A DNA stretch of 62,689 nucleotides, the filler included, from Sphacelaria rigidula (lineage: Eukaryota), in assembly GCA_964200075.2 (NCBI GenBank). It is 5 parts of 5 records of this genome, joined end to end, with 100 filler letters (N's around TTAATTAATTAA, not from the genome) between each part and the next. Parts side by side here need not be neighbours in the genome. Positions count along the whole stretch, not along the records: positions 37,678 to 50,133 come from CAXNAA020003748.1; positions 50,234 to 62,689 come from CAXNAA020003749.1; 3 more parts are not named here. The stretch is one strand, 5' to 3'. The notes below the pieces were generated by a model. It made no database searches. It saw only the letters and a list, made by a program, of their open reading frames with translations, and had not been told where the DNA came from. Shown here piece after piece: positions 38,914-51,269 of the stretch (the first letter of the stretch is position 1; each line of letters opens with the position of its first letter). A program made the translations under genes and the position numbers.

Positions 38914-41900
38914 CTAATGTTTTCGCAAAGGCAGTACGAGTACTGCTACAATACACAGGGGAATGAAGTCTTTGTCGTGCATTTAAAACCCCACGGTCAA
39001 TCGTGGAACGACAGCTGTAGTGTCAGTGTCTGGCGCCTACACGACCTGCTGAAGCATTGGATATGTTCAGCTTCGCGGGCGGGATCTAGGCTCGGGTTAT
39101 TGTGCGTTCGCTGGAGCTCCCCGTGCGTGTAGGTGTGCTGCACGAGCACAACCTGGGACATGACGTATTTTCGCGTTTACTTCGTCCGCATCCTCACTGG
39201 AGCACCAACTTCTGACGTGCCATTTTTTCCGCGTAAATCTCCTCTGTGGCTTCGACCCAGCGATCGATACACAGCCGAAATGCGGCACGGCGTCCACAGT
39301 ATTGGTCGTTGGTAGGAGTACGTCGTTCCTGCATCGCCTGCCTCGAACGAGGGGGTTCTAGTGGCTGGTTAGCTGGTGAGAGTTCACAGTTGGCACACAT
39401 TCTTCGTCGTGGGACGTACTTTGTTTCTCCCACGCCCGAGACGTGCTCAATACAACGGCAATTTCGTGCTGTTCTTATTTTTTGTTCTCACAAGACATGG
39501 TCTCCTGAATGGGACATATAGCTGATTCCTCGCTGCTTCCTCGTACTCACGCTCCTACATCCCAATGCTGGTTAGGCCTCGATATGGTTATCTTATTCTT
39601 GGCCGCCGGCGTGGAGACGTGCCACAGCAGGCAGCAAGCATCGTGGAAACTTACAACCTGGACCACTCGTAAACACAATTTTCTCCGGGAAAAATAAAAA
39701 CTAGGTAGCTTTCGTGACGTTTAAACGACGCGTGTCACACAATAGTTGCGTACCGACCAGCCTGAGCCATAGCCCGCACGGCCTTATCCCTCTTATTCTA
39801 AGTTATTTTTGTGCGTTGCATCCGTACTTGAAGCAATGTGGCAGGGACATGCCGGCTCTTTTTTTTCGGGACCGGCAGTAGATCTCGACATGGGCATTCC
39901 TGTTGTGTTCCTCATGCCTTTCCTTTTTCATCAGGTGACTTCGTTCGTTCTTCCATGTCCTTTTCATGTTCCCTCTGAGTCGAGCTTCGTTTCGGCAACG
40001 TTTCCGTCTATTAATAGTTACGTCAGCGCATGTCTACCTTGTGACCACGGCTGGATTACTACTGGATCACTTCATGTGCGACAACCGCTAAATCAAAGAT
40101 GAATACTTGTCGCCATGAGTCCGCCTGTGCTCAAGCCTGTATAAGCATGGGTTGTCTGTCGATGTAGTCGTCAATGACGGCGTGGTGACCTTTTTCACGT
40201 CACCGGCTGTTTTGTGTTATAGGCCGACGCCTTTTGACCTCCCCAATTACGCGTCAAAACCCCGGCGACTCTGAACAGTGCACCGTATCATCATTAACGT
40301 CGCCCTCGGTGAGTACAGAATGGACTCGAGCTAGCGGTGCTCCTTGTCTGCTAACGGTGCCTTCCCGGTCCCGCACATGCCAGCAGCAGCGGCAATGTTG
40401 ACGGGTTACCGAGCAATAGTATTACGTCCTTGATTCAGCCGCATTAGAGCACCACTTGTCGTGATTGTTGTTTGTTCAGTGCCGCACAATGATTTCGCGC
40501 GTCACGGTTTGACGAGAGCGCGCTTTTGGGGGGGGGGGGCTAATCCCGCAGCAGACTTTCAAGGGTGGCGTATTGAACGCGTGCGGCAGGACTGGTGTGC
40601 CCCGCTGATCGCCTATATGTGATGAACGCTACTGCAGTACGGTGGTGCAATGTGACCCCGTGGTCACCCCCGACATGTTGTTTCCATGGCTTTTCTAGCT
40701 AGCAGTATTTCATTTTTGATCGTAAAGTAAGGTGCACTACTTTCGCTGGACCATCACGGTACACGGTGTCCGGTACCCGTCGAATGCGGTACGAAACAGG
40801 CGAGATTCGTTCCCTTGGTATCCCTCGACACAACTGTGCATCATTGTCCAATAGTGTGGTATGGCAACGGGGTCGCACGACTGCTGTAACTAGGCGAGAA
40901 AACTGAGGGGTTGCGGTTCCCGCGGAATCGAAGACTTCGGAACCCTACCGCGCAAGGCCGCGGTTGTAGTAGTTTCTCGCCTGTAACTGTATCATAATGT
41001 ACTGTACTGTCTGCTGCATGCACCCCGGTACGCTTGGTGAATGAACTGATGGATTGTGACCCCCACAGCAGTCGTGCGTGCGCATCCAAAGATGCGACAA
41101 TGAAGGTGAAAAATGGAAATCAGAGATGGCGCATCATATCATGCGGTTATATACAAAAGCATAAACAAAATACCAAGCAAAGCGAAAGATGGCGAGCACG
41201 CTTTGCAGCCCACCAAGGTTACCAAGCTCACAAGACATTAACCACGATAGGAGACTCGTCTTCCATCATCACATGGGTTCCATCTCCCACAGTACTCCAG
41301 TATACGGTCACTAGGCGGCTCGTGATGACAAGAAGCAAGCTGATCGCCTCAAAAGCGGGAATGGGCTACTGTGCTCAACCAGCTCTGAATAAGAAGCTCC
41401 TTCACCCCGCCAGTGACTTCCTCTTGTACGTCAGCAGTTTTTTCGCGCAGTTGTTTTCGTCTGCATGCCACTGACAACCTCTTTGCTCGGATCTGCGGTA
41501 ATATGTGACGTGAAGGGCATTACAATAAGTTGCGACCGCTAGAAACAAATGTCCTTGAAATAAAGTCTGGGCTTTTTCTTTCCATCGCACGTTCCTTTGT
41601 ACCGTTTCTTGTAGGTAATTTCAGGCAGAGACGATATCTGAGAGAGGGGGTTTGTCCCGAGAGGTGCTGTTTCCGACCATGTTTCCGACAAAGTAGGCTG
41701 TTCTCTTGGAAAATGAAATCCGTGGGAGCAGAGATAATCAAAAGTGACGACCTTTTCGCCAGATCGAGTCTCCAGTATTCGGTCAAGTATGAGTTATATG
41801 ATTCGCTCTCACTCGACCGATATTTCACCTCGTGTGTTTTCGTTTGCCTGTAACGATGTATGCTTACAGCTGCACGTCGGCATCGTACTGAGAGATATCA

Positions 41901-42233
41901 GGGCTTTCAGTGGCAAACCACTACAGAAAGCGTGTAGGGCCAGGTTTACGGCCTGGGGGTCATGTCGGCAGTGAAACTGTTCCAGGCATTCGTCGACGAT
42001 TTTCTGAAAAAGTGGAGTTCTAGATTGCTGCTGACCGACGAGACCAACACACAAAAAAAAGATGCTCCGTATACGTTAAGTTCATCCCACCGGGAAGAGC
42101 TTCCACTGTAGCCACCCCTCGACTGGCTCGGCGAAGTGTTCCTCAAAGACATCAGCCGACGGATGAATGAATGTTGCCGTTATTTTGGGATCTCATTCTC
42201 ATTTAAATGCTCGACGCCCCATGTGGCGAATTG

Positions 42234-42234
42234 G

Positions 42235-42282
<48 letters not shown>
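42234..42282. repeat. (GTT)n microsatellite
   Basis: About 16 perfect GTT units. Confidence 0.95.
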
Positions 42283-42283
<1 letters not shown>

Positions 42284-44059
42284 GCACGCGCTAGAGTACA
42301 GACAGCACAGAGGGTACGGTGCAGCAACATTGCAGTGCAACCTACAACTCCCCCGAGGGTTCCAGGGTGGAAATGGTCGAGAGAGTACAATAGCTCGCTT
42401 TATACTCGGCTAGGGATGAGTAGGAGAGGCGCAGATATGAAGCTTACCACTGTTTTCTTTTATCGGCTTATCTACTCCTTTCCTGGACTTACAACCTTTA
42501 CTTTCCTAGCTGTGTTCTTACACACACACTTTCTGCCTGATCTTTCCGTTTAGTTTCTTCTTGTCTTTGTTATCTTTTTTGTGATCGGTTTCCATCACTT
42601 TCATCAGAGCCGACTCTTCGGATCTTCTCCTCTGATATCCTCTCCCTTCCCCCCTTTTTGTGTTTGCATTTCGTTTGCCTCTCGTTTTTCGCTCAGTTTA
42701 CTTCGTTTGTTTATCCCACCTTTATTCCCTTTGTTTTCTCCCTTTGCTGAGTTTCCTGCAGCGAATGTGCGCTTCGTTCACGTTGGGTATGTCTATCTCG
42801 TGACCACGGCTGGATCCCTCGCGGATCACTCAATATGCGACATCTATATATACACATATTTTATACACATATACATACGCGATACAGCCGTATGTATATG
42901 AGACACTGAATAGTATATGCACACGGGCCAGGGCACTACTGGCAGTACAAAGCTCCAGGCAACGAGCAGGACAATGGTCGGTGGTTTCGTACACCAAGTT
43001 ATTGATCGCAAGCATCACGGCGAGCGAGAGCCCCCCGTCTTGGTGTCAACTAGCCAAGCATTTTTCGGGGTCATGAGAAATGGTTTTGAAAAGAGTTTCG
43101 TCGAGAACAGTTGTCGGGAGAAGGTCACTTTCGGTGCCTCCCCCCGAGTCTTGGCATCATATGTAAGCAGTCTTAACGAACAACGCTATTGAAGGAAAAC
43201 AAGTGATGACTATTGGAAGAAATCGAAGCACAGTTCGACGTGTCATTTACATATTTGCGCCACACATAGTTTATTTGCCACGGATTTATGTCCTGTCATC
43301 GTCGTCTTCAAGCGGTGTTTTATGTTTTTTTTATTATACGGTACTTGTGACCACTGTACGGAATGACGTCGTATGCGCTATGCCGTCTGTGGCACGGTAC
43401 GACCCAGCGTGGTACGGTTCCAAAGTTCAGCTATGCGGTTTTGATGATGAATGGGAACCATGATGTTGCAATTCGGCGGTATCGTACAGCAAGTTACTAG
43501 AATGCGTCCTTTTATGCGGAGCCGCCGGAGAAATTCCGAGTAACGAAAGCCCTGTTTATTTTGTATTCTCTTGCTGAAAGTCTCTGTCTACCCCCGATTC
43601 TACCTGTTATTCAAGTACTTACGAGCTATCCATGTATATACACCATGATGTGCATTGTGCCGTTTGTGGCGTGATGTCGGTGTTTCCTTATTTCTGCAGA
43701 TTTTGTTTCGAGGTTCATCTTTGGGCGGAGACTGTTTTCCACATCTATTCATCTCTTGCCTCCCTCTCACAGTATCAATTTACGCGTGCGTTTTTCTCAT
43801 AGCAGCTCGCCTCGGTTTGTGATGGCGCCTCTTTCTCCTCGTCCAGTGGTTTCGTGATCGCTGTATTAGGTCCGTCTGGCAAGCAAACATAAACCATCCT
43901 TTTGCACATTCTTCTGCCTGACATTACAGAGGTCCTAGCTAGAGGTCGCAAATGGTGTTGAGGTCATTTCTGTATTGAGGCATTATTATCATTTTCTTTA
44001 TATTGTCGCACTCTGAATTCCCCCCCTTCCTCGAGCTGAGTCCGTGGTCTCAAAGGATC

Positions 44060-44294
44060 AAAACATCCCTCCCCTGTACACGCCTAGCAATTTGATGTCG
44101 CGGATTGGGTCGGCACTCCCGCACCGCGTCAACCCGCGTCAAACAAACCCAGTCAACTACTTTGTTTATTCACGTTCTCACGCTTTCCACGGTAGGAATC
44201 AAATACTACGAAGGAAAAACCCAACGCATCGGGAATCGAACCCTCGTTCTCTCCACCCTAATGGCGACGGTCGGACCATTACACCACCAGGACT
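44060..44294 (-). mobile_element. tRNA-derived SINE-like element (second type)
   Basis: Minus-strand head has box A TGGTGTAATGG and box B GGTTCGATTCC; no clean cloverleaf. Confidence 0.5.
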
Positions 44295-45195
44295 CGACGG
44301 TATACAATGTCCAACACGTCGCCGCCCAGCCCTACGGGTTCGGTTCCCTCTCGCACTATTTCACTCCCAGGCCTTGAAACGCTATGAACTGCAAATATTA
44401 TGTAGCCCTGATCGTCACCTCAGCTGCCTCCCAGATAAGGAACGCGTCGATTGCTTGCCCTTCCATCATGTACACTGCTTGCGAAATCCCTCGCCCGATT
44501 GTGCTGACGCCAGGGTATCTCCATCCCCACCAGGCGTATAGATGGTCAGGCCTGTCGTATCTCGTGCATCCATACGTCACTACTGCGGTCCTTGGGGAGT
44601 TCCGTTTCCACGTATACTAAGCGCTGTGCTTCTCGAGTGCGTCACCTCGAAAATGGACGCGTGGACCACAGCTATCGAAGTCCCTGTAGATGCACAGCGC
44701 CGCACGTTCACTTTCGGTATGACTCGCCGAACATCTATGTCTCGTGTTGTTCAAGAGTTGAACTAATATTGTGGGCAAGGAAATCATACGGAAGACCTCG
44801 GCGGTATTTTATTATCGTAATGTCCAAAATCAACACCCCCACCTCCCTTTGCTCCTTCGTCCCACCGTGCAGCAATGTTAGTATATGTTTTTTACAGAGG
44901 AAACGACAACCCCCTGTAGCCATGCTGCATTACCTATCCCTTTCCTCTGTTGACTCCACGTTGGTCCGTCAGTCCACTCTTTTCCACGTCCCTAAGTGCG
45001 CCCAAACATTCTATAATGGTTCATTTATCCTTCACTTGGGGAGGACCTTCGGTTGCCTTTGCCGTTTGTTTGATGCAGGCTGCTACCGGATTGGTTAGCT
45101 GGTTCCAGGGCACGGGTGAGTGGCGTCGCGGAGTGGAAAAGCGGCAGTCGGACTCCCGCGGCCTCGACTTTTTTTTTACGACAGTCGTGAGGAGT

Positions 45196-47496
45196 ATGCC
45201 TGTTGGATGCGCATACACGGCCTGCAACACGAGAGCATCATATGGCGCAGCAGGTAACAGCAAGGCGAAGTTCTGCGCCAAACATGCCCGAGCGGGCATG
45301 GTCAATGTTGCAAGCAAGCGATGCCGCAAGGAGGGCTGCTCCACACAGGCATCGTTCGGTGCAGCCGGTGGTGGGAAGGCGGCGTTTTGCGCCACACACG
45401 CCCTGGCGGGCATGATCAACATGAAACATAACCTGTGCGGCACGGAAGGCTGCTCCAGACGGGCATCGTTCGGTGCAGCCGGTGGTAGGAAGGCGGCGTT
45501 CTGCGCCAAGCACGCCCCGGCAGGCATGGTAGTTGTTGTAGGCAAGCGATGCGGCAAGGAGGGCTGCTCCATATACGCATCGTTCGGTGCAGCCCGTGGT
45601 AGGAAGGCGGAGTTCTGCGCCAAACACGCTCCGGTAGGCATGATCAATGTTGCATGCAAGCAATGCCGTAAGGAGGGCTGCACCGAACGAGCATCGTTCG
45701 GTGCAGCCGGTGGTAAAAAGGCGGAGTTCTGCGCCAAACGCGCCCTGCCGGGCATGATCAACGTAAACCATAATCGGTGCGGCAAGGGGGGCTGCTCCAC
45801 ACAAGCATCGTTCGGTTCAGCCGGTGGTAAAAAGGCGGAGTTCTGCACCAAACACGCCCCGACGGGCATGGTCAATGTTGCAAGCACGCGATGCGGCGAG
45901 GAGGGTTGCTCCACACACGCATCGTTCGGTGCAGCCGGTGGTAGAAAGGTGGAGTTCTGCGCAAAACACGCCCTGCCGGGCATGATCAACGTACACCATA
46001 GTCGGTGCGGCAAGGAGGGTTGCTCCACACTAGCATCGTTCGGTGCAGCCGGTAGCGGGAAGGCGGAGTTCTGCGCTACACACGCCCGAACGGGCATGGT
46101 CAATGTTGCAAGCAAGCAATGCGGCAAGGAGGGTTGTTCCGCACGAGCATCGTTCGGTGCAGCCGGTGGTAGGAAGGCGGAGTTCTGCGCCACACACGCT
46201 CGGGCAGGCATGGTCAATGTTGCAAGCAAGCGATGCAGTAAGGGAGGCTGCTCCAAACAAGCATCGTTCGGTGGAGCTGGTGGACAGAAGATGGAGTTCT
46301 GCGCAAAACACGCCCCGACGGGCATGGTCAATGTTGCAAGCAAGCGATGCGGCGAGGGGGGCTGCTCCACACGAGCATCGTTCGGTGCAGCCGGTGGTAA
46401 AAAGGCGGAATTCTGCGCCAAACATGCCCTACCGGGCATGATCAACGTAAACCATAATCGGTGCGGCAAGGAGGGTTGCTCCACACTAGCATCGTTCGGT
46501 GCAGCCGGTAGCGGGAAGGCGGAGTTCTGCGCAACACACGCCCGAACGGGCATGGTCAATGTTGCAAGCAAGCAATGCGGCAAGGAGGGTTGCTCCACAC
46601 GAGCATCGTTCGGTGCAGCCGGTGATAGGAAGGCGGAGTTCTGCGCCACACACGCCGGAGCGGCCATGGGCGACGCGGTAAACAACCAGTGCGAGAAGCG
46701 GGGTTGCTCCAAACAAGCATCGTTCGGTGCAATCGGTAGCAGGAAGGCGGAGCTCTGTGCCAGACACGCCGGCGCCGGGATGGCCTTCATGACGCGCGAC
46801 AAATCCACCTCGCAGCGTCGTGCCAAGCGGGTGCGGGAGCACGAGCATATCCGCCATCGCGATGCACATGACCCAACTCTGGCGTCAGACGCAAGACACG
46901 TACAAGAAGGGAACCACCTCAACAGTTACTGGGCCGTTGGAGAGACTGGTGGCGGTACCGATGAAGCTTGCAGGGAAGACAGCCACTCATCGGGTACCAG
47001 TGTCGACACGAGAGATAATGGTCGTAACGCTTATTCTCGTTGCATGTCGGGTGTCATGCGTCCTGGTCGACGGGGCGAAACTTGTGCGACCATCCTCCCC
47101 GCTGCGGGACATCTCGCCATCCCAGCGGCAGCCCATGAGGTTTCTCTGGATGGGGTAAAGACGTGCATGAAAATGGAAATGGAGATAACTCTTGCCCCAG
47201 CACATGCTTTTGATGACATAAGAACGGGTAGGGAAGTGGCTGCTGCGCGATCCAGCGGTTGCGACAGCATGGGCATTGGTAGCTCCAGCAACACCAGAAA
47301 CAGGAGCTCTACTCTTGATAGCATCAGCAGTGGAAGAAATACAAAACGGCTGCGTAGGATGGCGCCTATGGAACCGGTTTTCGGTGTTGCGGCGAGAGAT
47401 GATGTGACGTCTGAAAAGGAGGAAGCCAATGTGAAGTTAGAATTGGGCGTGACTGCTCCTCGTTTCATGTCCGCGGCCTCACCTCGAGAGAGGTAG
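45196..47496 (+). CDS. EsV-1-7 cysteine-rich repeat protein, intronless, 14 repeats of 38 aa plus a low-complexity C-terminal tail (766 aa from ATG 45196)
   Basis: Open frame with C-x4-C-x16-C-x2-H-x12 repeats (CGKEGCSxxASFGAAGGRKAEFCAKHAxxGMVNVxxxR) at 114-bp period from 45208; TAG ends at 47496. Confidence 0.92.
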   Translation: MPVGCAYTACNTRASYGAAGNSKAKFCAKHARAGMVNVASKRCRKEGCSTQASFGAAGGGKAAFCATHALAGMINMKHNLCGTEGCSRRASFGAAGGRKAAFCAKHAPAGMVVVVGKRCGKEGCSIYASFGAARGRKAEFCAKHAPVGMINVACKQCRKEGCTERASFGAAGGKKAEFCAKRALPGMINVNHNRCGKGGCSTQASFGSAGGKKAEFCTKHAPTGMVNVASTRCGEEGCSTHASFGAAGGRKVEFCAKHALPGMINVHHSRCGKEGCSTLASFGAAGSGKAEFCATHARTGMVNVASKQCGKEGCSARASFGAAGGRKAEFCATHARAGMVNVASKRCSKGGCSKQASFGGAGGQKMEFCAKHAPTGMVNVASKRCGEGGCSTRASFGAAGGKKAEFCAKHALPGMINVNHNRCGKEGCSTLASFGAAGSGKAEFCATHARTGMVNVASKQCGKEGCSTRASFGAAGDRKAEFCATHAGAAMGDAVNNQCEKRGCSKQASFGAIGSRKAELCARHAGAGMAFMTRDKSTSQRRAKRVREHEHIRHRDAHDPTLASDARHVQEGNHLNSYWAVGETGGGTDEACREDSHSSGTSVDTRDNGRNAYSRCMSGVMRPGRRGETCATILPAAGHLAIPAAAHEVSLDGVKTCMKMEMEITLAPAHAFDDIRTGREVAAARSSGCDSMGIGSSSNTRNRSSTLDSISSGRNTKRLRRMAPMEPVFGVAARDDVTSEKEEANVKLELGVTAPRFMSAASPRER

Positions 47497-47549
47497 CTTG
47501 ATGAGAAGATTCATGCACGCCTTTTTTTCCGGCTGAAGTTTTGGGATAA

Positions 47550-47990
47550 ACACGGGATTTGACATATTGAGGATGGATTTTTTATTGACGATGAGAAACC
47601 CGGAGAAATAGAATTTTCCTCTCCACACCAAATCTTCGAAACATGGTTCCATTATTTCACTTGCTGGTAGCTATCGACATCTACTACACGCCATACAAAT
47701 ATAGATTTCAATAACCGAAATGTTGGGGTCCTAAGTTAAAAAACAATTTTGGGAAATTACGGCGATCTTATCGAATCATCTGAATTCCTTATTTTCTTTC
47801 TTCACCTGGGACCCCAACATGTCGGTTATCAGGATCCAAATTTGTACGTCATGCAGTTGTTGTCAATAGCTACCAGTAGGTGAAGGAGTGGAACTATACT
47901 TTGAAGGTTTGGTGTGGATACGAAGATTTTACTTCTACGGGTTCTCATCCTCAATAGAAAATCTATCCCCCATTTCTAAAGCCCGGTGGT
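47550..47990. repeat. Long imperfect inverted repeat (foldback/MITE)
   Basis: Arms at ~47569-47745 and ~47790-47970 are reverse complements, e.g. ataaccgaaatgttggggtcc / ggaccccaacatgtcggttat. Confidence 0.8.
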
Positions 47991-49488
47991 AATAGGGTTT
48001 CGATATATCTCGTTCGAACCTCCGCGGTAGACACCAGTTCAGGTCTTCCTAGATTGCCTCGCTCTGCTTTGTTTTGAAGGGTAGCTAGGGAAGACCTAGA
48101 CCACTAAATTGTGTGTGTGAATCATCGTCTGATGACGGAGTATCTTGAGTTTTGCATTCGGCAGCATTTTGATATTTTGCAACATGTTTTTTCCGTCGTG
48201 TTTTCTAGCCTAGTACAGTGCGAACGGGCAAACCTACACACATCCTAGGCTCACTCGCAGGATCTTGGCGTGTTCCGTGCCGACGGAACAAGAGAGACGG
48301 TTCTACAGGCATTTGCTGAAGCCCAAACCAGGAGGGGTAAGAAAGAGTGGGGCGGTGCGCATCACCTTCTGATCGCGAAGACCTAACCTTGACTCCTATG
48401 GTCATTGCCCAATACCAATAAGTAGCATGCACACGAAAAATTAACTGCAGCTAGCCCCTGGTCAGTCATCTAGGCTACTGAAACCTGCCCAGCGCAAAAC
48501 GATACTCGGTGGAATATTCAAAACAAGAAGCACTCATGGACGATCCGGTGCAGCCCTGACTGGTAATCTGGCCCCTTGCAACCTACCGATCATGAAGTGG
48601 TACTGTGCCGAACGATGCCCGCTCACACGACTTCTTGTCTACACGTTACATTTTCGCATTTTTCTTTGAGGCCCTTATGGCTGATAAGGCTTCTACTGAA
48701 TCGGAATTCAAAAAGCGTTCTGTCCTATCCGTCTGGGCCTCATTATGAAGTTCCGAAGCCCGCGCGTTTTTTCCCGAATTGATTCGAAGCCGAGCTGCGC
48801 GAAAAAACCATCCCATCGTCTTAAAACATCAATCAAGACACCCTCAACACGGTTGAGCCCTATTGGTGCTCATGGCGTTGTGTTTCGCTTCTGCCTCTGG
48901 GCGCACTCGGAAACACCCCCACTTCAACCCCTTTTGACCAGAGCGAGTCACGATTGAACTTCTCAGACTTGACTTGTCGCAACTTCAATCGAGGCACTTC
49001 TGGGGGTTGGAAGCGTCACACGCAGCAACCGGCTCTCCGAATCACTTTATACACCCCCGAAAAGGTTCAGCTTCAATGCTGCTTTTTTCGTTGTCTTCAC
49101 TTGTGCGTACCAACGTCGTCCGTGGCTGAGGTGGAGAGGGTGTTAAAGTACGTGATCGTCTTCCGGGTTCAAAAGCTTTGCATAGGAATAGAGGAGAGAG
49201 TAACCACGAACCGGTCAGGAAATCGATGCCAACATATATCAAGGTGAGTCCTCCCGTTAGACGGTGTAGAACTATAGACATTACCGACAACACCGCTGCC
49301 GAATGCGAACTTTTTCGGGTGCACGGTATGTGTACTTGTATCGTTGTACTTTCTGTAGTGTGTGCTGTCGTCCCATCAATTGTGAGCGTCAGTCTGCACC
49401 TTTCGGTATACGTGGGCGCACCAGCCGGGGTCACACAGGAGGAGGGTCAACACAGGGGGTTTTGCTTTTTTGCTTGTTTTTAGTACTC

Positions 49489-49713
49489 CACCATCCTTCT
49501 GCGGTGCTTGCCTTTACGTTTTATCGCGAGAGGGGTCCAGCAGTCCCTTTTCCTCGTCGACCGTCAAGGCAAATTTTGTGTACCCACGACATAGTCGCTC
49601 TCCACTGTTGGGCATGGTGTGAGAAAAATTCCGAGATTTCTCCGAGATTTGAAGCCACGACCCAACCGTCAGAAGGCTCCAAGGTCACCAAGTGAGCCAC
49701 CGGAGCGACCGGC
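49489..49713 (-). mobile_element. tRNA-derived SINE-like repeat, copy of 597-821
   Basis: Colinear similarity over ~225 bp. Confidence 0.7.
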
Positions 49714-51269
49714 TGTAGTGCACGATAACCTAATGTGTTCGCGAGTACAGTCTGTATTTGCAAGCTTGCACTACTGAACTCCCTGTGCTTGCAGAGCGGC
49801 GCCTCGCACGGCACTTCGCACGAAGTGTGACAAGCGGATGAGAAGTGTTGATGCCGTACCCTGGTGCGACGGTAATATTTTATGCTGCACTGCGCTATCG
49901 TCTGTGTGTATCATTGCAGACGGTGCTGTACTATCCTACCCTCTGCTGTCGCTGTACTTCAAGGGCGATGAATGGCACTTTTTGGCGGCTTGCCATGCGC
50001 ACATCTAAATCCATGAGCTCTTGTTTGGGAATTGATTGTAATCATTGACCGCGAATCAGATATTAACAACAAATTGTGAGAATTGAGGTTTAACTTCGAG
50101 ATGAGGCTCAAGCCTAAAACAGTGCTTTCCCCANNNNNNNNNNNNNNNNNNNNNNNNNNNNNNNNNNNNNNNNNNNNTTAATTAATTAANNNNNNNNNNN
50201 NNNNNNNNNNNNNNNNNNNNNNNNNNNNNNNNNGTAACACCGTATGGGTAGGCGCAGAGTAAAAGCGCAGAAAAGCATGGCGGGACTTGTGCCTTTTCAC
50301 TCATGACACCGACCACGTGGCATTCGGAACAGAAAAGACCAAACCCTGAAAAGTTGGTCACGGTCCACACCTACGTGGTAAAAATAAATAAAAACAACCC
50401 TGGGCTTTAAGCGTAAACATCCAGTCGTTCTCGCTTTTATCCCCGAGTTTTGATTTTTTTTCCGAAACTCTCTACTGTCTGTTACCTAGGATTTACCTGG
50501 ACACTCCGGGAATACAGAGAAAATACTACGGGAGATACCCTCACGACTTCACACCCACCCATACTCAAAGTGCGGACAAATTAAGTATCAGTTGTATATC
50601 TGCGCTGGACTCAGCAGCAAGAAACACTGAGCGTGCGTCGTTTTGCACTGAACACAGTCGACTGCATGCTACCGGTGTCTCTACTCAGTGTTCCACAGCA
50701 ACACTACATTGTGAGGCTATGTTGGCAACACAAGAGGCACAGGCAGGCAGGCGGCGAAGGTAGTCCACGAGTAAAAAGTACGCCGTATGTGCCTAGGTGA
50801 TTCATGATTTGTGATAAAAATGATTCTCCTGGTCTGCAACGATTTCTGTGCAAAGCGGATACACGTCACGTCAATCGCTGTCCGTGTCAAGTTGCGCTCA
50901 AAATAGTATTTCCTTGTGGATATGTTGATGTCCTGACCTCAAAAGAACACCACAACCAAACCATCACCCGCTGATTCGCCATGTTTTGGGCATGTGCTCT
51001 GGTGCTTGCGCGAGCAGCGAGGTGACTGGTGTGGTGTGTGTTGTCGGGAGGACGGTTGTACGTTACACGTCACGCCTGTTGAAAGTCCAAACCCAGCGAA
51101 ACGCAACCATCGTACTTTGGACTGACTTTAGACTTCGGGAGAATTAAAAAGTCCAAGTCCTCACTCGAATTTGATCTTCGCGAACACCGTAGTATACTGT
51201 TGTATTTCAGTATATGTACATTTCACTTTTTTCCCCCTGTATTGGACGCTGACTATATTCTTTGAACGC

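Noticed and set aside
41937-42110. Short frame GQVYGLGVMSAVKLFQAFVDDFLKKW resembling a helix-hairpin-helix
   Set aside because: Too short, with no supporting neighbouring exons.
42199-42553. Poly-Q, poly-C and poly-V ORFs
   Set aside because: Translations of the (GTT)n microsatellite.
44950-45195. N-terminal extension of the 848-aa ORF
   Set aside because: It starts at TTG and looks non-coding; ATG 45196 immediately precedes the first repeat. An upstream exon or the in-frame upstream ATGs cannot be excluded.
45021-46922. 633-aa antisense ORF
   Set aside because: Shadow of the GC-rich EsV-1-7 repeats with no independent motif.
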